Assembly: GCF_018977255.1 (NCBI RefSeq)
Contig: NW_024704743.1
Coordinates: forward strand, 42,348,001 to 42,412,000
DNA from: Callorhinchus milii
Taxonomy: Eukaryota
DNA length: 64,000 nucleotides
Direction: 5' to 3'
Every line of letters begins with the position of its first letter. Position 1 is the first letter of the stretch. Positions 1 through 12,960 of this stretch are shown here, one piece after another. Position numbers and translations under genes: made by a program. A model generated the notes under the pieces. It did no database searches, was not told where the DNA came from, and saw nothing but the letters and a program-made list of their open reading frames with translations.

Positions 1-699
1 TCGATACTAAAGACTTTTTTTTTGTTCAAAAAATAATAGATATATATTTCTGAATTGCCATGTTTTTTGCATTGAGCTCAGTTGGTGCAGAAGTCCATTT
101 CTTTATTCTTAACAAACTAGCAAAATAGAAGCATTTCACATTTTCATATTCCAATGCTGCAGTGGTTAATCTTTAGGTCAATAAACTGTTTTCTATAAGA
201 ATCTGAATTAAAACTTCACAATAAATTCTTAGAATTTCACTTATATGATCACACTGTTTAGAGTTTCCGATGTGTAAAGTGTTATTATTTGTCGTTTGAT
301 AGATTGTTGGATGGCCAGAAGTTACACAATCTGTTCTTTGTAAAATGCTTGTGCACTGTTAGCTGCAAGCACAGTGAGAGGCCAAATCTGACCTGAATTA
401 CATGTAATTATGTAACCGCTGTTGTCCCATGAAGTTCTTGAGAAAGCTCTTTCCCTTTATTTTTTTACAACAAAACACAATGACTTTATTCCCCTCCCAA
501 AAGTGGAGCAGTGAGAGAACACTAGCACACTACTCACTTGCGATGGGATCATAAGGAAGCAGGGAAGAAAATGATGTGAATCACTCAAGGACTTTCCCTC
601 CTCCAAATGAACCAATAGACATATCTCTAACAAAGGCTAAAAGGAAATGAAAATAAACCGCTCTATTTGTCTGCTGTTCCTAATTCCCAGCCCCCTTTC

Positions 700-790
700 A
701 CAGCTCCCAACCCTAGCTCGGCTACAAATCCTAGACTGTCCAGCACCTTGGGACATCTTCCTGATGGGAAAGGGGCTACATAAATAATAA
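700..790 (+). mobile_element. L2 LINE 3' terminal fragment
   Basis: CAGCACCTTGGGACATCTTCCTGATGGGAAAGGGGCTACATAAAT matches the L2 3' end seen at 37200-37270. Confidence 0.7.
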
Positions 791-998
791 TAATAATAAT
801 AATAGTCCTTGCATTTGATATGGCGCTTTTCACGTCTTCGCTACGTCTCAAAGCGCTTCACAGAATAGACTGTAAAGTGAATTGACGGTATATTTTTGGG
901 CGAAACATGGCAGCCAATTGCGCACAGCAGTGTCTCACAAATAGTCGTGGATTGAAAATGATCAATTTATTATTGCTTTGTTTTGGAGGGATTATTAT
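783..998 (-). mobile_element. tRNA-derived SINE family A, 3' half
   Basis: (ATT)n tail and body match the full copy at 26457-26837. Confidence 0.9.
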
Positions 999-3134
999 CA
1001 GGCGTAAATTTGTGTACTATATTTGTGTATATCATCTGGCAACTGAACAATCTAAGTGCAGCCTCATCAAGAACAACCATTTGCAAACTAAATGGCTGCT
1101 CTTGGCTTGCCTGGCTCTCAATGATTGTGGAAAACTGAACAAGGATAAGAGGGAAGGCCCTTTACCTGGTATGCATTTAGCCCTATGCTCAGATACACTA
1201 TCCATGGATATTTTGATGTATGTCCAGCATGTCTCTCATTATGCAATTGTTTTATTCTGGTATCATCATGGTGATGAGATTCTAATATTTATCTGGTTCT
1301 TTAGATCAGGTCTAAAGCGTATTATTTGAGTGTATCATGAGTGTTCGGCTGTGAAGCATTCTCTAGTCAGACTTTCTCTGTTACTTGTAAGAATCTTCTA
1401 AAAACTGAAAATGTGCAGTCTCAAATAAATTCCTAGTTGGCAAGAGATCACAGGATAGACCTGCTACTAATTTTGCACCAAATTGGCAATTGCACTGAGA
1501 CACAAGGATGTGCGGAATATGTCACAAAGATTCAGTAAGGAGGAATTACATCTCACTGAGTGATGCTGTCTGAAATGCCTAAAATGCCCAGTGTTAACAT
1601 CTTTTAATGAACACAACATTTGCAAAAAAAAAGGAAGAACGTTTACCTGAGTGGACACGATCATCGATACAGTCTAAGATACTGACATGATGGTAGTCAA
1701 GCACAGCGCCTGGCAAGCCTCATGGCGAGCTTAAATTAGAAGTGGCAAGAGCTAGTTAAATAACCTAGGGAGAAGACGGATCACACTGCCCCTGCAGTCG
1801 TGAGTGAATTTAAAGCTGAATAAATCTGCTGCATTGTTACTGAATCTAATGTTCCCTTCACTGTTTATCTTGGTTTATATAGTTTTTCTTAATGCCAAGC
1901 AACAGTCAACGTAATGCAATTGACTTCGATTTGCCTTTCCTCACCCTGGGTTATTTTACACACAGTAAAATGATTAGCTCTTCAAACTTCCCTATTGTCT
2001 CTGGATAAAATTTGGCAGTCGTTGGCCTCTTAATTGTGCTGAGCATTCAAAAGCTGTTAACTGGGAATATTTTGTGATTAAATCAGGACTTTTGTATTTA
2101 ACCTTGCTATGCTTGGATCAGAAATTTCATACAATGGGGAAGAATAGGAAGTATCTTGGTACACTGAAATTTTATACAGGGATGATAAGTATTCTTAAGT
2201 CAGGTCTTTTTTTGTCTGCAGTCAACTGTGCTTGCATTAACAATTTAAATTTTTAATGTTATAAACTTTCACGTTAAACTGAGGGGAAAAATGCAAATGG
2301 CTCTTTTAATTAACATGGTGGTTAGCACTTATAGGAAACCACAGGCTTCTTTCACATCAGTATTCAGGGCTTTCAAAGGAATAACAGCAGAGCAAAAAGT
2401 GTTACCAAAGTCTTTGGCGTATGGTAGACCAGACAGAAATAAAGAAGAAAGTGAAGGAGCAAATTCCCAGAGGGAATACAGTGTGTGAAATATTTTGCTT
2501 ACTTTTATAAGCAGCATATGTAACTGGTGTCCTCATGGCCACACAATCCAACTCTTCCATTGCAATGTTGGGATGGAGTACTGGATTTTGCTATACAATA
2601 GCCATTTTTATTGAGACATGCCATTTCAATCAGCGAAGCCAGGCCACTGGCCATCCTGACGTCAGTCTGAACAATACGAATATTCCAGCCAGTTTTAGCA
2701 AACTGCACTCTGCATACAGCTGAGCAAAGCAGCCTGAATCAAACAGAAGCCCCAGACTTGTGCACAACAATGTCTTGAGTCACTGGCGGGCAAATGTTTG
2801 TTTGAAAAGCTACAAGTCACTGAACTTGATGACGAACACTCCCCAAAGCTGTCAGACTTTCAAACACTTACATTTTCTCAATTTCTGGTACAGCTGTGAA
2901 ATAGAGAGAATTCCAGTTTAATTAGGTTTGTGAAATTCTTGTGCAAATTTAGCTGACAACAAAACTGCCTCAGAGCAGACCCTGAAAAATGCCTTCCTTC
3001 CCTGACTACTGCCTTTCCCAAATTCCATCACCATGAGGATGAAGGGTGATGAGGCATAGGTCACCTCTGTATCACAAATTATGAGTCCTTCCCTACTTCC
3101 ACAAATCTTATTTGACTTTGAGAGTAATTTGACA

Positions 3135-3670
3135 CAAACAAGAACAACAAATTACAGTTGTATAGCACCCTTCACATCGGAAAGAAGTCCCAGGGCACTG
3201 GATAGTCAGGGGTTTTTGCACCCGAGCTGGGAGTTGGCGTCGGGAGGGTTGAAGGATAGTGGGGTGGTGGGTGGGAGGGTGGCCAAAGGCACAGTGGAAC
3301 AGGCAGGTCTTTATACTGGACTTGAAGGAGGTAAGAGTGGGGTGAGGCAGAGGGAATGTGGGATAAAATTCTAGTGTGGGGGCAGAGATGCTAAATGCCC
3401 GACCATCAATGGTGGGGTGAAAGTGAGGGGAACCGGTGTCTGCCGAGTGGAGGGAGAGAACAGGATGATATGGGGTTAGGAAGTTGGAGAGGTAGGGGAC
3501 AAGACTGTGGAGGGCTTTGGAGGTGAGAACAAGGGTTTTGTACTCGATTCTCTGAGGGACGGGGAGCTAGTGAAGCCAGGCAAGAACGAGAGCCTGGTGC
3601 AAAAGAGGACACAAGCTGCAGAGCTCTGAATAATCTGCAGCTTGTGGAGGAAAGAGTTGGGAAATGCATA
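3135..3670 (-). mobile_element. L2 LINE, 5'-truncated and degraded
   Basis: Translates LHKLQIIQSSAA (L2 ORF2 C-terminus); L2 tail near 3135-3200; similar to 22525-23275. Confidence 0.85.
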
Positions 3671-3795
3671 TATGGTGAAAGCTATCAGTCTTTTTGTCAA
3701 AATCATCAGCTATTAGTAACAAAGGGACAGGAGTAGTCTATCAGTTCGTTAATCTTGTAAACTATTTGCTTTTTCTCCACATTCCTTAATAATGT

Positions 3796-3995
3796 GGAGT
3801 CTTGTAGCTTAGTGGTCAGACCACTCGCCTCACAAGCGAGAGGACCTGGGTTCATTTCATGGGCAGGCCGAAATGTTAGGCAAGTTTACTTACTCCGCAC
3901 ACCCCTGTTTACCTAGCAGTAAATAGGAACTGGATTGTTAGTTGACTGCCGAATCATTTTTCCAGGGGTAATAATCTCTTCCAAAAAAAAATATT
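3796..3995 (+). mobile_element. SINE family A, 5' half (tRNA head)
   Basis: GGAGTCTTGTAGCTTAGTGG A-box, degenerate B-box, body up to the A-rich linker. Confidence 0.9.
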
Positions 3996-4088
3996 ATTAT
4001 TATTTTTGAAGTCTCATCAACTTCCTCTCCCTCTCTGAGTCTCTCTCACTTTCTTTATATCTATAATCTATCTTTCTCTATTTTTACA

Positions 4089-4270
4089 TAATAATAATAA
4101 CAATCTTTGCATTTGATATAGCTCCTTATGATGTCTTCGAGACCTCTCAAAGCACTTCACAGAATATACTGTAAAGTGAATTGACTATATTTTGTGGACG
4201 AATCGTGGCAGCCAATTGTGCACAGCAGTGTCCCACAAACATTTGTGGATTGAGTGACCAAATTATTTTT
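4089..4270 (-). mobile_element. SINE family A, 3' half
   Basis: Tail and 3' body in reverse orientation, ending at the A-rich linker. Confidence 0.9.
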
Positions 4271-4828
4271 ATTTTTTTATTAAAAATGATATCATGGTGG
4301 CTGAGCCTTAGGCAACCTCACACACTCTGCTACCTGCCAACACTGATCAATTGAGCCCAGAAAGAAAGAATTATGTAGCAGTTCTACAGGTTACAAATAT
4401 CTTTGCCACAAAAAAACAAATTGTATACCTGTGCAAAGTAGTGAGAAGTTGCATGTCTGAACATGAAGCCACCAAGCAGCTAGAATGGTGTCCACAGCAA
4501 CCATACACTCATGCATTCAACTTCAAACAAATTCACTCATTTGAAAAACTTGATTTTGATAGCCCATCGAGCCTGATTCATCATTTTATTAGATGATGGG
4601 TGATTTTGCAATGCAGCACCATTTCCCAGTCCAATCTCCAATTCCATTGATCTACCTCCCCTTAAATATTTCAATTGCTTTGGTACGGTGACTATCTTTT
4701 TTCACCAACCACATGCCTGTAAAACAGCAGCATGTCTGGCCTGCGGGCTTTATGTTTGACATCTTTGGCTAAAGATATGGATGTTGAAAGAGAAGGTGGA
4801 GAGATTCTAGGAAATAAGGATATTGTAA

Positions 4829-5058
4829 CAATAATAATTCTTGCATTTGATATAGCACCTTATCACATCTTCGAGTCGTCTCAAAGGGCTTCAGAGAATA
4901 TACTGCAAAGTAAATTGACTGTATATTTTATGGGTGAAATGTGGCAGCCAATTGCATACAGCTGTGTCCCACAAAGAGTTGTGGATTGAGTGACCAAATT
5001 ATTGTTATGTTTTTTTTGGAAGGGATTATTACCCCTGGAAAAATGATGAAGTCAATGA
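4829..5058 (-). mobile_element. SINE family A, head-less copy
   Basis: Matches family A 3' part. Confidence 0.88.
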
Positions 5059-5219
5059 GAGGCAGAGAAAGTAACAGAGCGACATAGAAAGTGAGAGTCA
5101 GAGAGGGAGTGTGTGGTAGAGGGAGAGTGACAGACAAAGTCAGAAAGGATGCAGCAGAAAGAATATGGCAGAGAGAGATATACCACAGTGACAATATAAA
5201 TGATAAATAATCTTTGAAA

Positions 5220-5647
5220 ATAAATAATTGCATTTGGTATAACACTTTATTATGTTGTCAAAATGTCTCAAAGCACTTCACAGGATTTAATGATGAAGTG
5301 TAGTGTGGTATTTGTAGGAAGCACACCAGCGAATTTGCACACAGCAATGTCCCGCAAACGGCTGTGAATTGATAACCAATTTTATTTGGATTATTGTCAG
5401 CCAGGACACCGGGAAAAATTCACTTCCCTTTTCTAGTAGTGCTTTGGGATCTTTGGTGGCCACCTGAACAGGCAGATGGAACATCAATTTTGCTTTAACG
5501 TCTCATCCGATGGACATCTGCAACTGTGTATCACAACCTCCAGCATTATGTTTGAGTGTCAACCTAGACTGTGAGGTCAAAGTCCCAATTGTGCTTGAAT
5601 CCACAATCTTCAAAGGTGAGACTGCTGTCAGTTGAGTTAGACGGACA
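5220..5647 (-). mobile_element. Deu-domain SINE family B (SacSINE1/AmnSINE1-like), near full length
   Basis: Reverse strand reads GATGAGACGTTAAAG...CTGCCTGTTCAGGTGG...AAAGATCCC, as in 33114-33535; L2-type tail. Confidence 0.8.
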
Positions 5648-6079
5648 CACAATATAACTCTTGAAGGAGCTCCTGAAGTAACCATGTTTTAGTAAACATT
5701 ATAGCCATTTGTATTTTGTATGATGTTCAATTATTCACAGTGGGACTGGTCTCAATGAGTGTGGCTCTCTACTGTATGGAACTTGACAGAATGTTTGACT
5801 TGCATGCCTTTTATAAAATGTCTAAGAAATCTAAATGTATCAATAGATAAATCTACAATGAGTAATGGAAGGGAATGTAAGTTGATAGTGGTATCCACTA
5901 TGATGCCTGCAGAGGCCAAATAGATTTTCATTCCCTCAAGGAACACATAATAATAGTTTGTGTTGAAAGCTTCAAAGATTATATCTTAGTTCAACATTCA
6001 CATTTAAGCACTCTGAGATGCCATCCCGTGTCAAGGACCCAATATAAATGCAAATAGTTGTTGTTTATGGTGTTCAGAA

Positions 6080-6690
6080 AACAACCAAACATTTAGTAAT
6101 ATTTGTCTCTATCGCCACACTGGCTGCTTAAATTGAGGAACTTAGTGAAAATTTGAAGTAACAGCCTAGCTATTTGTTGCCTTCTCAGTTACTATTGATG
6201 AAAATAAGTGTGTGAAAGATGGCTCACAGCTAGGTCTATTTATTCAGCGGTGTGACAAGGATTTCTGCATCACAGAGGAGTTGCTTGAACTTGCTCCACT
6301 AATGGACAGAACTGCAGGAGCAGATGTCCTTTTGAAATTGGTTGAGTGCATGCGTAGAGCTGATGTGAAATGGAACAGATTTGCTTCTCATGCAATAGAT
6401 GGAGTACCAGCAGTGGTTAGCAGGAAACTAGGAGAAGTTGCCAGAGTGAAACCTAAACTACAATATGAAAACTTGCAATTGCAGTTCACGTTTTGACCAC
6501 TGCATTACATTTACCAACACATTCTCTGTAAGAAAATAGTGAAGATGGAAACTGATATCAATTTCAGCTATACTGAGGGATTGAATCATTGCTCATTTAC
6601 CAGCCTATGGCAGAAACAGACAATCAGTACAGTTAACCACTGCACTATTCAGAATTTTGCTTGTTGAGCCTGGCAGTCTTGAAACATATC
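6080..6690 (+). mobile_element. hAT DNA transposon transposase fossil (Buster/SPIN/Charlie, GTF2IRD2-like)
   Basis: In frame from 6179: AFSVTIDENKCVKDGSQLGLFIQ...ITEELLEL...IDGVPAV, then HCI and GLNH motifs after frameshifts; resembles hAT catalytic DE and DG motifs; stops present. Confidence 0.85.
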
Positions 6691-7111
6691 TACAACAATA
6701 ACTAATATTTATATAACATCCCTCACGCAGGGTAGTTTCCCAGAGCGATTATCTACACAAAAAAATAAATTGATTTATGCATTCTGCATATCGTGACAAA
6801 CTTGAATTGTAGAATGAAAATATTATTATACAATTTGGCAATTCTGGTGGAACTGACCGAATCGTAGCATAGCATATCTTCAAGGCTAAGATTAACTTAT
6901 TTCACAGCTGCATCACCATTTCTGTGCATTTATGTGGAACCTGCAATTATTTGAGGGACAAAGGTAAGAAAGCGAGTTATCCCACTTTCAACACTCACTG
7001 CTTTTTGGAGCAAACTCCCTACGGTCTTCTGGGACGTTTGTCCCATTTTGTAAAAATCATCTTTCTTCGGGTGTCTAGGTTTGTTCTCTGCTCTGCTCAC
7101 TTTTCAATCTT

Positions 7112-7487
7112 ATAATAAAAATAATAATCCTTACATTTGACATGGCACCTCATCACCTCTTTGAGTTGTCTCAAAGCGCTTCATATAATATAAAGTGAAT
7201 TGACCGAATATTTTGTGGGGGAAACACGGCAGCCAATTGCACACAGCAGTTTCCCACAAATAGTCGTGGAATGGGTAACCAAGTTATTATTATAATTTTT
7301 TTTTGAAGGGATTATTATGCCCGGAAAAGTAATCCGTCAATCGGCTATCAACCGGGTTCCTATTTACTGTTAGATAAACAGACGTGTGGAGTAAGGAAAC
7401 CTGCCTAATGTTGTGCTCTGCCAGGAATCGAACCCATGTCCTCTCACTTGCAAGGTGAGAGCTCTAACCACTGAGCTACAGAACACC
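7112..7487 (-). mobile_element. SINE family A, full length
   Basis: tRNA head with TAGCTCAGTGG and GGTTCGATTCC boxes, body, TAA tail. Confidence 0.93.
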
Positions 7488-8075
7488 ATGCATCTTGCAC
7501 CACTTGCACACAATCTGGAGAGAGGAATTCAGAGGGGTCAGTGACTGTTGTGAGTATATGTTACCCTTTTGGTGACTGACTACAGGAGCATTGTAAGTGG
7601 TCTGGGAACAATTTCTCCCCTGACCATGACCCACATATCTCTTCTCAGCAGCAGAGGCGTTCAGGGACTAATCTGTGAGAAAAAAACATTTCAAGTAATG
7701 AAACATACACACACAAAAGTCAGCCTTAGACCCTCAATTGCTTGATGCAAATGAATAATATGCATGCATATTTTTTGAATCATGCTATTTTTGGATTGGA
7801 AATTGTCCTGAGATCTTGTAGCACCGGATCTGTACATATACAGCATTAAATAGCATTATTTTGGGGGCATCAATTGCAGGTGTACAACACAGAGTATAAG
7901 TGTTACTCAACAGTGACTTAGAGTGCAGCTGTATTATTCCCATCTTTGTAGGAACTCCGTTAGCTGTAATGGACTCCCACAATAGAGAGTGGCCACAGGA
8001 ACAGCAGCTCCAGTATTCTTATGCTGCTTATGCTCCAATTAACAAATGGACATTGGTGCACTGTTATCATGACCC

Positions 8076-8140
8076 ACAACAACAACAACAAAATTACATT
8101 TATAGAGCGCCTTTCACGTCGGGAGGACGTCCCAAAGCAC
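8076..8140 (-). mobile_element. Very short L2 3' tail insertion
   Basis: (CAA)n followed by the reverse complement of the L2 terminal motif GGGACGTCCTCCCGACGTGAAAGGCGC. Confidence 0.8.
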
Positions 8141-8979
8141 AATAACTTTGTATTGTGCCCTTTATCCCGGGTCTTGTAATGCTTAACAATGGTATCATTT
8201 AACACTGAGCCAGGGAGAAAGGGGAGGTGACTGTAGACACATTCTGGAAAAGGTGGTCTCTCATTGCTGAGGATGCACATCAGTTGCAGTACAATAGCAA
8301 TCAGTTGTAAAATTACAGGTTAAAGCTAAACCAAATTCTGGCTATCCTGCAGATCACCATTCATATTTTAGGGATTTGAAAGATTTCCCTGTCCCATGCT
8401 GAGTTAGCAGATTTCAAACAAATTGTGATGTATGCTTGTGGCTCACACATTTCATGCTGAGCTGTGCTGCTCATCGGGAGGTTGGCAGAGAGTTTCTGGT
8501 ACCTGCCATCTACCTAGTGAGGGCTCAAACCTGTGCTTGGATCAATTAGTGACTGTACTCTTAGGGCAAGGGATACAGATTCAGGAAACTGGTATCCAGT
8601 TACAGGGAATTGATACAAGGAAATTCTACTGTGGAGGTGAAATTCTCCATGGAATTCATCCATTGAATTCTCAGTCTGGTTTGCAATGTGTCAGACACCG
8701 CTGCCCCCAAAAAGACACAAGTTTGCAATTGGTGCTAGTCCTGTCAATACTCAAGGGACAGAAGAGGAATGATTAAAGCAGATTCCTGTACTTGATTGGA
8801 CTCAAGTAATTCCTGCCAGAAAATGTATGTTGTAAATCATTTTGCCTGTGTGTGTGCATTCTTGACCCCGTGTGTTCCTCGTAAGAGGGATATTTAACAT
8901 TTAAAAAGGTGAGCATAAATAGGCGGTTTTCACTGGTTGGGCTGCCCATAACCAAGTCAAAAATATAAGATAGCAACTA

Positions 8980-9242
8980 GGGGATCTAAAAAAGAACTAA
9001 AGGAACTGTTTCATGCAAAAGGTAGTGAGATGATGGAACTCACTGCCCAAAGTGATGGTTGAATCAGACAGTGTAGATGCATTCAAAAGGAAGCTAGACC
9101 TGCACATGAGAGAGAAGAAAATAGAAGGGTTAGAGGGAGTATGGAATATGTGGAGATTCATGTGAAATACAAACACCAGCTTCGACTGGTTGGGCTGAAT
9201 GGCCTGTTACTATGCTGTACCTTCTTTGTAAATCTATGTAAA
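8980..9242 (+). mobile_element. CR1 LINE 3' end
   Basis: WNSLP and AFKRKLD-type coding remnant; GGGCTGAATGGCCTG 3'UTR motif as in 16265-16280. Confidence 0.85.
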
Positions 9243-10687
9243 CAATCACAAAGCCCAACAAATATATAAATACACAGTCACTCACATAAAGTGCTTTGAG
9301 ATATGATGATATGGTAAGATATTCCTGTATATAAGATACCAGGACTATTATGATTATTATTACTATGATATAAGGAAGATAATGACACATTTTAAATTAT
9401 ATCAAGAGACTTCCTCATAGCCTAATTTTAACCCTCAAAGACCTTGTGTCAGGCTGTGTATAATACATACAGGAGTATTACCACCTCCGGTATTGACTAT
9501 TGAGATGCTCTCATCTTGTCTCACAATCTCACTCTATCCCACCTCAAACATTGTGAACACAGTCATATTTCCCATCATATGATCGAGCGGGAAACATGGG
9601 GTGTGTAACAATGGTGATTAGCGAAGGTAGTGGAATATATCAGATCCCAGGAAAAATGAAATAGATTAACTCCTAGGAGGTAAATTAAACTGCATATATT
9701 GAAGTAAATAATGTGTGTGAGCTCAATTCCACAAAGCATTCGCAAGGTTTCGACGATTGTGCAGCATGTTATTCGCATGTATCATGTAATGTGCAACTCA
9801 ACGTGTACCTTTGTATTATGCCAAGATGTGAGAAAGCATGGTAGTTTTATTATTTTCTGTGAAGCTTTTTTTAAAGAAAAACCCAGTAGTAGTTTCCCAG
9901 TCATTGTGGTGTTTTGCAGGCTGCAGTGCATATTCCTACTTTGGGACAGGTTTATATTTTCCAGCTACTTTTCAAAGTGACTTCTCTGCCAACACTGTAG
10001 AAAATATATACTTAGCTTTTTCTGTGCAGGGGTCCGTCAGAGTGGGAGAGTGACAAGGCTGCACAAAACACTTTCTGCGTGAGTGAGCACAAGGCATTCA
10101 CTGCTCTATTGGACCGGTCAGACTCCTGTCATCGCTCTGTTATTAAATTTTCTGGTCTCGGTCTGCTGGAACAGTAGTAACATTGAAACCTGTGGTAAAG
10201 TGGCTGTCATGTACATTTTAGTATGTTTGACAATAGCCCTGCACAGACCAACAGTACGTAAAATGCATCTTGGAGGAGAAATATCAGTGATGTGGAGAGG
10301 GATGCAATTGCAACCGTGAAGACAAAAGTGCTTTGAAAATGCACAGAAAATGATAGTAACAGTGGGGGTGATTGTTCAATCGTCGCTTAATTCACCACCT
10401 TTGTGGGTGAGCTCGTTTGATTCTCTGCTGGTGGGCAAATTCTAAGGAATCAGAAATCTGATTTTGTTTGATTTGGTCTCAACCAACTAAAAAAAATGAA
10501 CCAGATAAAAATGCACACTTCTTTATATTTTTTATTTAAGAAAATGTATGTAGGTACCAACATCTGCATTGGCACCGACTATTGTAGATGTGAGAAAATA
10601 AGGTTTCACATAAAATACGATGCAGAGGACTAACTTGGAAATCTTTTTACATCAGATACTATCAATATAATACCAACACAAACTACT

Positions 10688-10915
10688 TTTTCTCCCTTTT
10701 TCTCTCTCTCTCTCCCTAACTGTGACTCTATCTCTCTTTCTCTGTCTCCCTCTCTCTCACTACGTCTCTCTCTGTGATTTGCGATTTCTATCTCTGTGTT
10801 TTTTTCACTCTTTAACTTTCTCTATAACACGTCTGGCTGTCTGTCTGTCTGACTGACTGACTGTCGGTCTGTGTTTTTGTCTCTGTGCGTCTTTCTTTAT
10901 CGTTGTCTCTCTGTA
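10688..10915. repeat. CT-rich low-complexity tract with (CTGT)n/(CTGA)n
   Basis: Directly visible. Confidence 0.8.
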
Positions 10916-11649
10916 CGTGAGCAAACTCAATAAATCCCACTGTTAGTAACATGCATCAGAAGAAAACTCCCACTATTGATTCCAATTTAGACCTGCACGA
11001 TTAGAGATTCTCAGCACATAATCTCAGACACCAATTGGAGTTCTGCAAACTCACCCTCTTGTGTTTTAATCGGACACTAGGCCTGACCAAAGTACATAGT
11101 CCCATTCAACATAAATGAAGCTGTTTTGCGACATTCCCATCTCCTCTTCACTATTGTTATTCGTCAAGCGGCCAATTTAGGAAGATGGGGGCAATGCCGA
11201 TCCAAAAAATCAAGAGTATTTTCTGATAAGAGTGCTTTGAATGAAAAGTATTTCCCCAAAGCTTCCTTTCTCCATTCAGTGAATAATCTGTTCACTTATC
11301 AAAAATCTGGTGTAATATGAAGAAAAAAATCTTTTCACAATTTTTTGAACACATTTAATTGGAATGGGAAATCTTTTCAAAAATGTAAACTCAATGTTAT
11401 TGTTATAACTCGCTCGCTATGATCTGTAGACTGGAAAATTGTCAAAATAGCAAGTCGTGCGACACATTATGCAGAATGCAATTGGGAAAAATTATTCACT
11501 TGGCAGGAGCTAACAGCTACTGTTAATTATCTAATGCAAGGGAATAAAATGGGTGCAGATAACGAATGGTTCAAGGTTTTCAAATTTTGTTCACTTAGCA
11601 GAAATATTGACTTCTCAGGCAATCCTAAGCAGTTTATATCTGACCCATC

Positions 11650-12165
11650 TCTGGTCTCTCCAGTTCCACTACCTACAAACTACAACTGATTCAGAACTCC
11701 GCTTCCCATATTCTTACCCCAGTAAACTCCTTACCCCCATTACACTAGTCCTCGCCAGGCTCCACTTGCTCCTTATCACAGAACAGATCGATTTCAAGAT
11801 CCTCTCACTTGTCTACAAATGCTTTCATCCCTGGTATCTCACTACCTTTCTGACTTGTTTTCTCCCCACTCCACTACTTGCTGCCTCTGCTCGGCTGTCA
11901 CTGGCCTCCTGCTTGTCCCTTATGCCCTCTGCTCCACCATTGGCGGACATGCTTTCAGCCACTATGCCATGCAGCTTTGGAACTCTCACCCCCAATCCAT
12001 CCGCCTTGACCCCTCCCTCCCCTCTTTTAGATCACGACTGAACATCTTCCTCTTCGACAGTGCTTACGGTCACCTCCCTCCCCCGGATCGGCGTCAGGTT
12101 CCCTCACTGTTCAGCACTCCAAGATTCTGCCCCTCCATAAATATAAATCCAAGTTGTTTTTGTTG
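11650..12165 (+). mobile_element. L2 LINE, degraded 3' part
   Basis: ITLVLARLHLL...IDFKIL and AFSHYAMQLWNS motifs; TTG tail. Confidence 0.85.
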
Positions 12166-12224
12166 TTTGCAGATTTAATGAACTTTGGAGATTTATGTTT
12201 CAGATGTACTCATCAAAACCCATT

Positions 12225-12960
12225 ATCACCAAGATTACCTTGGGATGAAGGTCCTTCAGCCTATCTGATCTCATTCCTCCATTCTACCATCCTCCCATCA
12301 CAACATCACGCTGATTTTTAAATGAGTCCAGTGGCCTGGTATCAACCACCCTTCCTGGCAACCTGTTCCAGCTATTAATTACCCGCTCTGTTAAATATTG
12401 GTTGCTGGTGTCTGTCCTGATATTGCCGTTGCAACTCTAAATAATAAAAACAATAATCATTGCATTTGGTTTAGCGCCTTATCAGCTCAGAAAGACATCT
12501 CAATGTGCTTCACAGAATTACTGTGAATTGGAGTGACTGTATTTATAGGAGAATGCAGCAGCCCAGTTGCACAAAGAAATGTACCACAAACAGCCTGAAA
12601 AGAATAACAGTTTTGTTCATTTGGGATATTGTTGCGTAAAACACTGGGAGAAACTCCCTTTGCTTTTCGAGTAGTGCCATGGGTTATTTAACGTTCACCT
12701 GAACTGGCAGACGGGATCTCAGTTTAACATCTCATCTTATGGATATCCTTTTGTTCTGCTATCTTGGTGCTTCTTGAAGTAATCAACTGGATTTACTTTC
12801 TCAATGACAGTCAAAATTTGATACAACTCTATAAGGTCCTCTCTGAGAAATCTCTCAAGAGCGAAGAGCCCTAGCTGTTTTATTTGTTGTTCATAGCTCA
12901 TTCTTCTAATGCTGGGGATCATCTTTGTGGCTCTCCTCTGCACCATCTCTAGGATTTGGG
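12225..12960 (-). mobile_element. CR1 LINE fragment interrupted by a Deu-SINE
   Basis: LEMVQRRATKMIP...SYEQ...DLIELYQIL (12737-12960) plus 3' region (12225-12436). Confidence 0.82.
12440..12736 (-). mobile_element. Deu-domain SINE family B, 5'-truncated
   Basis: Matches family B core and tail. Confidence 0.8.

Noticed and set aside
740..760. REST/RE1 site (CAGCACC...GGACA)
   Set aside because: Half-site spacing is non-canonical and it is simply the L2 tail sequence
907..1329. 140-aa ORF
   Set aside because: Starts inside an antisense SINE; no recognisable homology
6212..6496. Domesticated GTF2IRD2/ZBED-like gene
   Set aside because: Stops and frameshifts on both sides; fragment only
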